NCBI RefSeq assembly: GCF_006345805.1
Contig: NC_043005.1
Span: 77,066,001-77,130,000, forward strand
Source: Octopus sinensis
Lineage: Eukaryota
Length of the DNA stretch: 64,000 nt
Direction: 5' to 3'
The position numbers and the translations under genes are program-made. Below are positions 51,344 to 64,000 of this stretch, piece by piece (the stretch's first letter is position 1; every line of letters begins with the position of its first letter). The notes beneath the pieces are model-generated. The model was not told the origin of the DNA. It was given only the letters and a program-made list of their open reading frames with translations, and did no database searches.

Positions 51344-51445
51344 CACGCCCATACAACAAATTCAATTAGATGTTTTACCCTGACAGCCAATCAGCAAATT
51401 CTCTAATAGTGCCAACACCCATGCCGCAAACCTATATAAAGCTAT
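51344..51445 (+). promoter_or_regulatory. Candidate Pol II core promoter (CACGCCC, CCAAT, TATATAAA)
   Basis: cacgccc 51344-51350, CCAAT 51387-51391, TATATAAA 51433-51440, in plausible order and spacing. No downstream gene recognised. Confidence 0.2.
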
Positions 51446-51959
51446 AAATTCTGGCAAATATCTGGAAACACAACTTACTCCCACACTATATAATATAATA
51501 CCTGTTAAAGCGACAGAGTAAACCTACTGCAAGATGACTACATAGATTGGCACAAGGCCACAAGCGAATACGGCTATTCAATGGACTCTACCTCAGTAGA
51601 TAACTGGTACATATTCAGTGGCCTTTGAAAAAATGAGGGGGGTAAATCGGGCTCTAGCGAGATACGAACTTGCTTAGCAGTGCACCGAAACTGAATGAAT
51701 AGCTGTTATTAAATCTGGCAAATTCGGTGCCGCGGGGTTCTGGTTATAAGCCAGGGTGGCTTATTGGTAACTGATGTGCTTCCATTTCATACCCCTCTTA
51801 TACTCAAACGGATATGTCAGCTTGTATTTGTTAACTGAACAATTCTCTAACTTAACACATGGTCTGCAATTAAGAGGCAGATGTAACATGACACCCTGTT
51901 TTACACCATGACTTGCTGAGGCAGATATGTATGCGTATACACGTACATATCTCTCAACT

Positions 51960-51962
51960 CTC

Positions 51963-52004
<42 letters not shown>

Positions 52005-52035
52005 CATATATACTTATAATACATATGTATATATG

Positions 52036-52073
<38 letters not shown>

Positions 52074-52111
52074 TATATATATATATATATATAATATATA
52101 TATATATATAA

Positions 52112-52191
<80 letters not shown>

Positions 52192-52305
52192 TATATATAT
52201 ATATAATATTCATATATATATATATATATTCATATATATATATAATAATTCATTATATATATATATATATTCATATATATATTATATATATATATATATA
52301 TAAGC

Positions 52306-52346
<41 letters not shown>

Positions 52347-52357
52347 CATATATATAC

Positions 52358-52388
<31 letters not shown>

Positions 52389-52484
52389 ATATAAGCATAT
52401 ATATACATATAATATATATACATATATATACATATATATATAGTATACATATATACTATATATATATATATGTATATATATATA

Positions 52485-52515
<31 letters not shown>

Positions 52516-52542
52516 GAATATATACATATATAATATATTCAT

Positions 52543-52587
<45 letters not shown>

Positions 52588-52744
52588 TATATATTATTAT
52601 ATATATATATTACATATATATATAGGTATATATGTATACTATATATATATACTATATATATATATACGCATAAATATGATGTGTACATATATATATTATA
52701 CATGCATATAATATATATATATTTTTCTCTCTCTCTCTCTCTCT

Positions 52745-52787
<43 letters not shown>

Positions 52788-52924
52788 CACATACACGCGC
52801 ACATATGCACATATATAGTTACTGTCATATGTACAAACACACATATATTCATATATATATATATATATTTCTATATATAAAATATATATGCATGTATATA
52901 TAAATACATACTTACATACACACA

Positions 52925-52980
<56 letters not shown>
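51960..52980. repeat. About 1-kb interrupted (AT)n microsatellite
   Basis: Directly visible. Confidence 0.95.
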
Positions 52981-52982
<2 letters not shown>

Positions 52983-52987
<5 letters not shown>

Positions 52988-53149
52988 GTCTGGTGGGGAG
53001 TTATTCTCTTTTAGTGCCTGACTATTGAAAAGGCTACAAGACGCAACGAAAATTTTAGAAACATTAAACAAGTAAATGAGTGGAGATCGAACCGGTGAGT
53101 GTGTTAAGTATTATAGCACTAAAAGAGAATGACTCTCCCCAGACACAAT
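52983..53149. mobile_element. 167-bp MITE with about 34-bp TIRs
   Basis: attgtgtctggtggggagttattctcttttagtgc versus gcactaaaagagaatgactctccccagacacaat. Confidence 0.75.
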
Positions 53150-54229
53150 CAAATATGCTTCAACACATGAATTCCCATAAAAAATCTTGCAAACCAAATA
53201 CAAAATCGAAATATATATATATAAATATACATACATATACACACACACATTCATATAAACATATATATATATATATTTAGTTAGTGGTTAAAGGAAACGA
53301 TCTAAGACCTAAACCTGCCCTTGAAATTAAGCATCAACATCTACCTTTATTTTTACACAAGGCAGGCTCTACCGAATGAGGCAATTTGAAAGTCGATGTT
53401 CTGATCATGTACGCCCACATACATATTTTTTTATGTAGTGTGTGTGTGTGTGTGTGTGTGACTAACTATTTGATGTATATGAACAAATTTAATGGAGAAA
53501 CGTTAAGAATAAATTGTTCTAAACACCATAGATTTTGAAACTGGATATTAACTTCATGATGTTTTCGAATGAATAAGTTTTCAATAAATGTAACCGCAGT
53601 GTTTAGAAATATGCAATCTATGTATCGTCTGACAAATGGAAGAGAAAGTGTGTACATGCGCGTTCTTTATTGCGTGTGTGTATGTGTCTGTGTCTGTGTG
53701 TGTGTTATGCGTGTGCGAGTACATGCATGCGTGCGTGCTTTGCATGTGTGTTGAGTGTATCTGGAAAGGAGAAAGAGAGATAAATTGAGAAGGGAGAGTG
53801 AAAGAAAAGTTTAGAGAGAGGCAGTGAGTTAAGGGAAGAATTCAATGAAGCCCGCGCACGTGAGGTAGAAAGAAAGCGGGAGAGAGGAAAAGAGAGAGAG
53901 AGAGAGAGAGAGTTATACAGAACTAATGGAGAAAGAATGAAAGAGAATTTGATACCATAAACTCATGTTTTGGGGATTCGTTCTAACTACCTTACTTTCT
54001 GTCAACACATTTTTCCTTCAATCCTTTCATATATACCGCAAAGGGAAACGTCGTGGCTGTGTGGGGAGAAGTTTGCTTCCGAGCCACATGGATCCAAATT
54101 CGGTCTCACTGGTGTGACGTCTTGTGCTAGTGTTTTCTGCTACAGCCTCGGGCGAACCAAACCTTTTCAGTGGATTTGTTTGGTGGAAACTGAAAGAAAC
54201 CTGGCGTATACACACACACACACACACAC

Positions 54230-54268
<39 letters not shown>

Positions 54269-54319
54269 GTACGGTTGATAATTCGCTTACCACTTGTGAT
54301 GGTATTTTAATAATACCAT

Positions 54320-54380
<61 letters not shown>

Positions 54381-55047
54381 GATTCCTTGAAGAAGGCAAG
54401 CGAATGTATACGAAAACAAGGTCGAGAAAAAGAAAAATGGAGAAATGCTATGCAATTACAATTACAAACAATAGAACATTAACAACAATTGTCTTTCGAC
54501 TAACGATGAATTAAATTAAGCTGGCGAGTGTGGAAGTGAAGCCTTATGGCAGGGACATAAGTGATGAAAGTCATGGGAAGGAATATAAGAGATGCTACAC
54601 GGGTGGTAGTTGAACCAAGTAAGAAAGGCCAGAAAATTAGAATTAAAAATTTAAAAGTTGAAAAATTAAGACATTGGAAAGTCAGTTTCAGTCTCCATCT
54701 ATCAAATCTACTCACAAGGCTTTGGTCGGCCCGAGGCTATAGAAGAAGACTTGCCCAAGGTGCCACGCAGTGGAACTGAACCTGGAACCATGTGTTTTGG
54801 AAGCAAGCTTCTTACAGAGCCACGTATGTGTGAGTTTGTGTTTGACCCCTCCATCACTTGACTGAAGGTGTTGGTGTGTTTACGTCCCTGTAACTTAACG
54901 GTTAGACAAAGGAGACCGTTATAGTTAACATCAGGCTGAAAGATATAAGTACTAGGGTCGATTCGTTTGATTAAAATTCTTCAAGGCGTTGCCCAAGCAT
55001 GGCCGCAAACTAATGACTGAAACTAGTGAAAATCAAGAGATATACAA

Positions 55048-56030
55048 AAGATGTTCAGAACCTGTTGCATGCATTTCTCACTGTGTCCCTGGGAAGTTCT
55101 TCCAACACTTCCTTGATCTTGAACATCCGCTCGGCCTTGGTGTTGCAGACAGAGTTGTTGGTGACTTTTTCAACTGCTCCCCACACACAATCCCCCATGA
55201 GAGTACAACCGGAGGAATTCCAGCAACCACTTCTTACTCTTTCCGGAGGTATGGTAAAGAATAGTTGGTAAAATTACCTTCTCGCGTCATACCCACTCAT
55301 AAGGGCCGGTTTCTCGGTTTCATGGCGTATATATTCCCCATCAGGACGGGTGGGGAATGTTGGCCAGCTGAGTGGACTATAACAACGGGAAATGAAATTT
55401 TTTACTCAAGAACACACCGCCTCACCCGGTCCAGGAATCGAAACCACAATACCATAACCACTAAGCGATGCGCCTTCACATGTGGTACTCATTTCTACAG
55501 CTGAATGAACTGGAGCAACGTGAAATGAAGTGTTTTGCTCAAGAACACAACGGTTCAGGAATTGAAACCACAATCTTACGATCTTGAGTCCAACACCTTA
55601 ACCACTAAACCATCCGTTTGCTGCCACACATACAGCTTTTAAACAGCAACCCTTTCCAGTTAGGGATTCACTACACCTCCAGCAGTTTCACATAACCGTC
55701 TGAATTGAGACTAAGCTGTTCAATGATGAGGGGTTGAATCATGGCGTCTTCATGCAATCAGAACGCCTACAGTATCCCTTCTTGCTGGCCACGGCTTTGT
55801 AGTCCGCATTGCAGCTGTCCATATGTCTTACAACCTTTACAGTATTCACAGATCATTGAGCAGTAGCCAAGATGTCGGCATTTTGAAACAGGGCGCGAGT
55901 AATCATGTCATAGACAACTCTTTTCAGATGGCTCTTAGTCCTCCATATCGGCTAACTTTTCCTCAGCTATAAATTTAATCGTTATACTCTCCAACGCCGT
56001 TGACCGTTCACCAATACATCAAGCTCTTCC
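55048..56030 (-). mobile_element. Degenerate Tc1/mariner (maT/DD37D-like) transposase, split by a SINE D
   Basis: LNSDGYVKLLEV, YVWQQ, HTSGKSKKWL, VWGAVEK.TN..CNTKA..RNACNRF. Confidence 0.75.
55273..55620 (-). mobile_element. SINE family D with a duplicated head segment
   Basis: Two ctcaagaacaca..caggaat(c/t)gaaaccacaat blocks; tail aagggccggtttctcggtttc. Confidence 0.75.
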
Positions 56031-57104
56031 TGAAGACAGAAATAATCTCTTGTATAATAATACGTATGTGTGCGTATTTATGCATACACATTTACCTGTT
56101 GTTATTAACTCTTTTGTATAGAGACTTAATTTAATATCAAAATAGTCCTTACTATATTTACTTATATATTAAATGTACTACATCAATATTGCATATATAT
56201 ATATATATATAAGATGGTAAATACAATTTATTAAATTTTTCATCAAACATTTTTATCTTATTAAATTTTTTTTGATCACCAAGCAACCATATGGAGGAAA
56301 CTTTGACTGACTAAAACAAGAGATGATTGATGATTTCGCTCAGTCTTCTCTGTAAGCATCTATTATAGAAAATAAATATTACTGTTTAAAAATCGTGTCT
56401 GCGCTTTAGAGCGGCCAAGTAATTCTACAATTATATTAATTTAATAAATTTGTGTGCCGTATATTTTACGGAAATTCATAAACGTTATGAAAAACGTAAA
56501 GCATGAACAAACATCCGTCAGTTAATTATTTTCAATTGTTGCAATAAGTTTTTAAAGAAATTTTAGAATATTGTCTGTAAGTTAAAGCGGACTCTAGTGA
56601 GATACGAACTCATATAGTAGTGTGCTAAAACTGAATGAATAACAATCGTTACTAGTCTAGCATTTAAAGTTGGACAAACTGCTAAGCAGCATTTCGCCTG
56701 TCTTTACGTTGTGAGTTCAAACTTTGCCGTGGTCGACTATGCCTTTCATCCTTTAGGGGCCGATAAAATAAGTATCAGTTGAAAACTAGGATCAATGTAA
56801 TCGACTTACCTTCTCCCCCGATATTCTTAGCCTTGTGCCAAAATTTAAAACCTTTAGTTCAGTATTTAAATCAGTGAGCTGGTAGAATCGTTCGCAAGCC
56901 GGGCGAAATGCGTAGCCGTATTTCGTCTGCCGTTGCGTTCTGAGTACAAATTCCGCCGTGGTCGACTTTGCCTTTCATCCTTTCGAGGTCGATAAATTAG
57001 GTACCAGTTGCGTACTGGGGTCGATCTAATCGACTGGGCCCCTCCTCAAAGATTTCGGGCTTGGGCCTAGAGTAGAAAAGAATATTGTAATGCAAATCAC
57101 TTGT

Positions 57105-58110
57105 ACGCCATGGAAACCAAGCGACCGGCCCTGCGAGCCTTGAGAGCCAGTATTACTTAATTACTACTTAATTATGGCTCCCAAGGCTTCGAGCCTTGGG
57201 AGCCAGTATTACAGAAATACTTAATGTATTTCTAACCGTTGCTTTTGTATGTTACTTTTTAGGGTTGAAATCCGATTCATTGAGATATGTCGTAAAAAAA
57301 AGAAACTAGCATTTCTATTGCCTCTTTTCCAGCAGTTGCATATTTCCTCTTTGTATTCTTTTGTTATTTAAATTGTAATTTTTACACGAGTTTGCACTTC
57401 AGTAAACTGTTCTTTAAGTATGCATATCCAGCCATTAGCCATTTATATATCTTCGATCACATGCTTACATAGAATTATTCTACAATTTCTATGGAAAATC
57501 TGTAAAGATAACTTCAAAAAAGTGTTCTTGAAATGTACTAATATTGACAAAATCTTCATACAAATCATTAACGTCAAAACGAAATAGAATTCTTCCCTAT
57601 TCGTAATCCTGATCTTGGAGTAATTGAATTTTGTTATCACTTTTTGAAAGACGGTTCAAGATAACGAAAATTATTACCGTAATCTCCTTTAAGTAGATTG
57701 GATGCTGCAAAAGTCACAAAATGCTTTCGTACCATTTTTTTCTCCATAATTTGAGATTTACTATAAACATATCTATTTCCTCCATTAAAACAATAAATAT
57801 TTGATTACGACCTTGTAAGTCTTTCACTTCGGGTTAAATATCTGAAAGATATGCTAATGCACTTGAAATCTGAAAATCTTAAAGATGAAGGGTAATATAT
57901 TTTCAGATGTAAAATATCCTACTTCAGTTCGTTGTTGTCACATAAAATTTTTTCTGGGAGATAACCTTTTGATTTTTGCGTGATATTCATAATCGCAGAA
58001 GATTGATGGATAAGAATCACTGAAGCATTTAGTATCGTAAGATTTGCTAACAGAAAATTTATAATTTGAAAGATTTTGTTCATTATCGACTTCAATCCAA
58101 AGAATGTACG
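57105..58110 (-). mobile_element. Degenerate hAT (Charlie/Buster-like) transposase 3' part and right subterminal repeats
   Basis: Minus strand YATAGKEAIEMLVSFFTTYLNESDF resembles the hAT dimerisation domain. gagccttgggagcca repeats and a 14-bp hairpin at 57175-57205. Confidence 0.65.
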
Positions 58111-58129
58111 TTTTAGATCCGGTTTATCT

Positions 58130-58204
58130 TTATAATAATAACAATAACAATAAATAATAATAACAACAACAACAACAACAATAATAATAATAATAATAAT
58201 AATA

Positions 58205-58251
<47 letters not shown>

Positions 58252-58356
58252 TAGTGGTGGTAGCGGCGGTGTTGGTGATGGTGGTAGTGGTGGCGGTGGT
58301 GGTGGTGGCGGTGGTGGTGATGGTGGTAGTGGTGGCGGCGGCGGTGGTGGTGGTTG
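58130..58356. repeat. (AAT/AAC)n followed by (GGT/GGC)n
   Basis: Directly visible. Confidence 0.95.
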
Positions 58357-59205
58357 ACATGATTATTGTTTTCCGTTACATTTTCGCACAAGCTTCAAGC
58401 AGTGCTGGAATCTGGTTTTAAGTTAATATCTCTTTATTTATTTTTTTATTTTTTTGAAAAAAAAAAAAAAGAAACATCATTCTCACTCTTTAATAGCAGA
58501 AAAGCAAGAAATACCATTTCAAAAGTATCTTTTTTTTTTTTTTTTGCTTGAAGTATCCGTTTCCAGTTGAAGTAGAAAATGGTTCTTAGAGAAAAAAACA
58601 TATCCTTGTTTTATAGGTTCTTTTACAGGAGCATCGCATATCGAACATAAGCTGCGAATCTTTATTTACACCAATTAACTAATCCTTTATTATGGAAATC
58701 TGCAGTTCTTAGAGTTTTCTTCAACAACCATCAATAAGGCATCAGTCCGAAGAATGGAATATACTGCACTTTCTTATCAACATAATCCCTCACACGTAAT
58801 ACGGATTATCAAATTAATCTCCAAATATAATTCGAATCATATCTTAGCAACCGATTTTAATTTTATTATCTCTAACAACAGCATGACAGCGATGTAGTTT
58901 TTCCCCCTTTTCTTGCAAAGAAAATGTCATTAAATACTTGTTCTTTCTCTTCAGGTATGAACTTTTCCGAAAAAATATTTATTTTTTGTCCAAATGCATG
59001 TTAATTACTTTTTGCCCTGGCGATTCGTTGCTATAAATTTCACAACTAATCGCACACCCTTATAGTCTTACCATGCCATCTGTAATAAAATAAAAAAAAG
59101 AAAGAAAAAACATAGGCTGTCACTTGCATGCGCGTATAACATAATAGCACGTACCATACTTTCGATTATAATCTTCGGTGCCTATGGAATTGCAAGTACA
59201 TGGAG

Positions 59206-59538
59206 GATACTCTTTTACTTGTTTCAGTCATTTGACTGTGGCCATGCTGGAGCACCGCCTTTAGTCGAGCAAATCGACCCCAGGAATTATTCTTTGTAAG
59301 CCTAGTACTTATTCTATTGGTCTCCTTTGCTGAACCGGTAAGTTACGGGGACGTAAACTCACCAACATCGAACCGATGCTGGTGTGTTTACGTCCCCGTA
59401 ACTTACCGGTTCAGCAAAAGAGACCGATAGAATAAGTACTAGGCTTACAAAGAGTAAGTGCTGGGGTAGATTTGCTCAACTAAAGGCGGTGCTACAGCAT
59501 GGCCACAGTCAAATGACTGAAACAAGTAAAAGAGTATC
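59206..59538. repeat. 333-bp palindrome made of two SINE-C 3' halves
   Basis: Arms 59206-59370 and 59374-59538 (165 bp each, about 10 mismatches), 3-nt spacer aac. Confidence 0.95.
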
Positions 59539-59744
59539 TATTTATCTATGTATCTATCTGTCTTTCTGTCTATTTGTCCGTCTGTTTATCTCGCTACCTA
59601 TCTATCTACCTGTCTGTATATATGTTTTCAATCTGTCTGTCTGTCGGTCTAACTGTTTATTTATCTATCTATTCTATCTGTCTGTCTTCTGTCTGCCTGT
59701 CTATTGATTGATTTATTTACCTATCTATCTATCTATGTATCTTT

Positions 59745-59990
59745 CTATCTGAGCTGGTAACTCGCCTGGACCAACGCAATTCTTCCACACCAGATATCCT
59801 ATTCTTCCATGCCAGTCTTCCTATCATAATCTTGATATCAACTTTCTTCCACAAGCTGATTGATATATGCTCTTCTTGATCTGATAATACCTGCATGTCC
59901 ATGCGTGAGCTGCCAGAGAAGAGAATCGCTGGATATTTCATCCTTGCTTCTCCAGCAGTATCTTGCATAACATCTTCTTTCACCGATTAT
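59745..59990 (-). mobile_element. RTE-type LINE 3' fragment
   Basis: Minus-strand pieces resemble the RTE end (GHCWRSKDE..LLW..HGHA.VGR.R.YI.QL), ending in (GATA)n. Confidence 0.6.
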
Positions 59991-60372
59991 TCATGTGATG
60001 GTAGAAAGAATGCCATACACTTACCGCTTTTTAAGGTTTAGCAACCAGGAGAGACTGAGAACGGCATGTGGCATTCTCGTGTATATGAAATTAAATAAAG
60101 ATCAAACAAACACAACAATACAAATCTATCCGGTACTACGGACTGTGCTACATAATTTATTTTTTATTCTATTGTTAAGCGATAGAATGTAATTTCAGGG
60201 AAATATGGTTGCTATTTCAAGCAGAGCAGTTTATTATGTCGTAAATCTTTTGTTGTGGTTTTAACTATTCTTCCATCTCCGCTAGTGAAATATTATACCC
60301 TATTTCATTGATATATATATATATATAGGGAGAGTTTATGAAAAAACAAAAGACGAAGACAGGTGGTGTACA

Positions 60373-60461
<89 letters not shown>

Positions 60462-61462
60462 CTACATATCTGTGTGTGTGTTTGTGTGTTCGTGTGTACG
60501 TGTTTGTGTATGCATGTGTCTGAGTGCATATATGTACAAGTGTTTGTATGTTGCAAGTGAGATCAGGAAAATCCTGCTGCTAGTACCATGCAACCCAGTA
60601 CAACCTGTTTCCTGGTCAGGTGGTCGGCTATTTAACCAACTACCTCCACCTGCTTCTTCAAGTATCCTTACCTGGAGAGCCAGGTGGGGTAGTTGGTGTT
60701 GAGGACACTCTGCATGACTCAAAGCAAGGCCTGTCAAAGGACGCATGAGCTAAGTGTGAGCCAACGTCCATCAAGACGAGTGATGTCTCGTAAAAACATC
60801 CCGACACTGTGCTCTTGAATTGGAGTCGATGTCCGTAAGTGATGTGGCGGAGAGCGAGAACACACTTTTATATATTCAGGTCTGTGTGCATGTATTTATG
60901 TGTGTATGTCTGCGTACATGTATGCGTGCACTTGTGTTTGCATGTCTGTGCATGTTTGTTTGTTTGTTTGTTTGTTTGTGTGTGTGTGTGCGTGCGCGTG
61001 TGTGTGTGAGTCTGTGTGTGTGTGTGTGTGTGTATCTGTGTCTGTGTCTGTGTGTGAGTGTGTGTGAAACTGCACAGAGATAGCAGTCTCTCGTCGGTGC
61101 AATTTCGATTACAAGTGATCACCAGTATTTTCCATTTTGATTAATTTTTCTTAATGAAGTTTACAATTACCAACTTCCACTAATTTGCCCCTTAGAATTA
61201 TCAGTTTCCATGGCAATCTATGTGGTGCCTTGATTTACTAGGATTAGCACTACAAAACTCTCGGATCAAATCTTGCTATCTTCAAAAGGGAGAGGAACTT
61301 TGGATAACTAGTCCTATGCACGTTTGGAACGCTTTTGAGTATAGGCCTGTTCAATTGAGGGATGAGCGTATACTAAACAATTTTAACAGTTTTTACAATG
61401 AGAAGAATAACATGGTAACTACACCAAATAGGGATACCGAAAACTAATGTATTTTCGAATAT

Positions 61463-61847
61463 AGGAGCACTCCGTCGGTTGCGACGATGAGGGTCCCAGC
61501 TGATACGATCAACGGAACAGCTTGCTCGTGATATTAACGTGCAAGTGGCTGAGCACTCCACAGACACGTGTACCCTTAATGTAGTTCTCGAGGAGATTCA
61601 GCGTGATACACAGAATGTGACAAGGCTGGCCCTTTGAAATACAGGTACAAGAGAAATAGGAAGAAAGAGCGAGAGAAAGTTGTGGTGAAAGAGTACAGCA
61701 GGGTTCACCACCACACCCTGCCGGAGCCTCGTGGAGCTTTAGGTGTTTTCGCTCAATAAACACTCACAATGCCCGGTCTGGGAATCGAAACCGCGATCCC
61801 CCGACCGCGAGTCCGCTGCCCTAACCACTGGGCCATTGCGCCTCCAC
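61463..61847 (-). mobile_element. SINE family B, full length, 11-bp TSD
   Basis: TSD tttcgaatata at 61452-61462 and 61848-61858. Confidence 0.9.
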
Positions 61848-61883
61848 TTTCGAATATATAGTGTGACGTTATACCACACATAG

Positions 61884-62141
61884 CTTTTTTTTTTATTTAT
61901 GCGCCCTTTTCAAGCCTAGCCAGGCTCATGTGCTCGGTTTCCCGGTTTCCATTGCGTATGTGTTCCCCCCAGCTGGACGGGATGCCAGTCCATCACAGCG
62001 TTACTCAAGAAACAGGAAGAAAGAGTGGGAGAAAGTTGGGGCGAAAGAGTACAATAGGTGTCGCCACCACGCCCTGCCGGAAACCGCGATCCTCCGACCG
62101 CGAGTCTGCTGCCCTAACCACTGGGCCATTGCGCTTCCACT
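61884..62141 (-). mobile_element. SINE with B-type head and D-type tail, internally deleted, 10-bp TSD
   Basis: TSD ccacacatag at 61874-61883 and 62142-62151. Confidence 0.85.
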
Positions 62142-62329
62142 CCACACATAGTTTACAAGTCAATAAAAGATGTCCTTGCTATCAACCAGTTAGCATAGAG
62201 CTATTGTCCAAACATTAATGTGGATATGCGCTGTGTGTGTATATGATTTAAGTGACAGCCAATTAAAGTCAAAGACTTTAGTAAGCTGCATATTACATAA
62301 TGCAATAATGCATTAATTTATGCTTTACT

Positions 62330-62620
62330 AATTACTTGCATCATGTGCAAGGGAAAATATATGCACTGTGTCCTGATTGTGTGGGTATTCGGAAATGCCA
62401 AAAGTGGTTTGACAAATTCAAAACCTGTGATTTCAATCTTTTGGGTGGGTATCGATCAGGAAGACTAATTTTTTCAATAATGGACACAATAAACAGCAAT
62501 TGAAAACAATCCGTGTGAAAGTATCGGAGATTTATCCTGGAGGCTTTATGTACCTTAGTCCAATGTGCAAGATTATCTCAAGCATATTGGGAAAGTGCAT
62601 AGAGAAGGACAGTGAGTACA
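62330..62620 (+). mobile_element. Degenerate mariner transposase N-terminal fragment
   Basis: IRKCQKWFDKFKTCDFNL..RSGRL resembles the mariner HTH/RSGRP region. Confidence 0.6.
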
Positions 62621-62684
62621 TGTGTACCTTGTGATAATTCAAAGCCACATTCAGTTAGAATAACCCAGAAAAATATAAATTCAT

Positions 62685-62868
62685 TTACAGTTCTATATTT
62701 GAGAGATGAGGAATTATGTACATTATTTACATTATTTACATTTGACAGAAATTTGTCCTCATCTTGTTTGTTGTTAACACAACATTTCGGCTGATATACT
62801 CTCTAGCCTTCATCAGGTGTCTTGGGGAAATTTCGAACCTGGATTCTTATTCCTAAGGTATTTTTCGA

Positions 62869-62904
<36 letters not shown>

Positions 62905-62994
62905 CATTATTATTATTATTATTCAGGCCACTGCCTGGAATCGAACTCGGAATCTTGGGGTTAGTAGCCCACGATCTTAACCACTACGCCATAT
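62685..62994 (-). mobile_element. tRNA-headed SINE-like element with minimal-HHR tail (left copy)
   Basis: A box TGGCGTAGTGG, B box GAGTTCGATTC, (AAT)n linker, HHR at 62776-62821, tail (tgtaaataa)n. Confidence 0.85.
62776..62821 (-). ncRNA. Minimal hammerhead ribozyme (C15.2>U variant)
   Basis: GACAC-CUGAUGA-A-GGCU..AGCC-GAAAU-GUU^GUGUU. Confidence 0.65.
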
Positions 62995-63056
62995 GCACAG
63001 ACACGCAAACGCGTGTACGCATACATGTATACAGACATGCACACATAGATACAGGA

Positions 63057-63123
63057 ATATGGCGTAGTTGTTAAGAGCGTGGGCTACTAACCCCAAGATT
63101 CCGAGTTCGATTCCAGGCAATGA

Positions 63124-63167
<44 letters not shown>

Positions 63168-63322
63168 TCGAAAATTACCTTAGGAATGAGAACCCACTTT
63201 CGAAATTTCCCCAAGACACCTGATGAAGGCTAGAGAGTATATCAGCCGAAACGCTGTGTTAACAACAAACAAGATGAGGACAAATTTCCATCAAATGTAA
63301 ATAATATAAATAAATTCATAAC
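63057..63322 (+). mobile_element. tRNA-headed SINE-like element with minimal-HHR tail (right copy)
   Basis: Inverted partner of 62685-62994, separated by a 62-bp spacer (62995-63056). Confidence 0.85.
63215..63260 (+). ncRNA. Minimal hammerhead ribozyme (U16.1>C variant)
   Basis: GACAC-CUGAUGA-A-GGCU(agagagtatatc)AGCC-GAAAC-GCU-GUGUU. The consensus of the two copies restores GAAACGUU. Confidence 0.6.
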
Positions 63323-63439
63323 GTTGGGAAGCTCTACCTTACCTTCCCTCCCAAACAGGGCTAGTACCATCAGATTTTAATCTATTTCCCACTGGTAAAA
63401 CATTCAGAAGCAGGAACGATCTCGAAACCACGTTTCAGA

Positions 63440-63496
63440 CATTTTCTTCTTCTTCTTCTTCTTCTTCTTCTTCTTCTTCTTCTTCTTCTTTCTTCT

Positions 63497-63538
<42 letters not shown>

Positions 63539-63617
63539 TTTTTTGCCTGACGAATCAGAAAATCGGTTTCGAGATACGAAAATGTTATTGCAAACAGTTA
63601 CAATTATTATAATTGCA

Positions 63618-63668
<51 letters not shown>

Positions 63669-63801
63669 GTTATTATTATTATTATTATTAGCATTATTAT
63701 TATTATAATCATTATTATTATTATAATAATAATAATTATTATTATTATTATTATTATTACTATTATTATTATTATCATTACTATTATTATCATTATTATC
63801 A

Positions 63802-63850
<49 letters not shown>

Positions 63851-63864
63851 TACTATTATTATTA

Positions 63865-63905
<41 letters not shown>
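63440..63905. repeat. (TTC)n/(TTTC)n and long (ATT)n microsatellites
   Basis: Directly visible. Confidence 0.95.
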
Positions 63906-63906
<1 letters not shown>

Positions 63907-64000
63907 TATTGTTTGAAAGAATAAATATATTTGCGATATGCTTTATCGTTGATTTGAACCCATTGTATGAATTGAGCCATTACTTTGTGATACCTCTCTA

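Noticed and set aside
58255-58356. (GGT/GGC)n with G-quadruplex potential
   Set aside because: Ordinary microsatellite; only two-tetrad potential and no nearby feature.
63544-63600. ttgc-CTGACGA...GAAAA...gcaa, possible hammerhead
   Set aside because: Stem II is out of register and there is no unpaired cleavage nucleotide; likely coincidental.

Overview
AT-rich, microsatellite-dense eukaryotic DNA, most likely from an octopus. This inference rests on the tRNA-derived SINE families and the repeat landscape and was not confirmed by any search. No prokaryotic genes, CRISPR arrays, rRNA or intact tRNA genes were found, and no host protein-coding gene can be confidently assigned; almost all listed ORFs are translations of microsatellites. 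The window is a mosaic of four tRNA-headed SINE families (labelled A-D here), LINE fragments (R4/Dong-like RLE, L1/Tx1-like, CR1-group, RTE, Penelope-like) and DNA transposon remnants (Tc1/mariner, pogo-like and other MITEs, hAT, a composite Helitron). The strongest signal is a set of hammerhead-ribozyme (HHR) motifs in several unrelated Penelope-type terminal repeats. These include a well-formed type I HHR at 32677-32727 (-) and a tRNA-headed SINE-like element carrying a minimal HHR, present as a head-to-head inverted pair at 62685-63322. Also notable are a 333-bp foldback of a SINE half, a LINE/SINE shared 3' tail, and a young (TAA)n-embedded R4/Dong-like insertion. Ends of degenerate elements are approximate.
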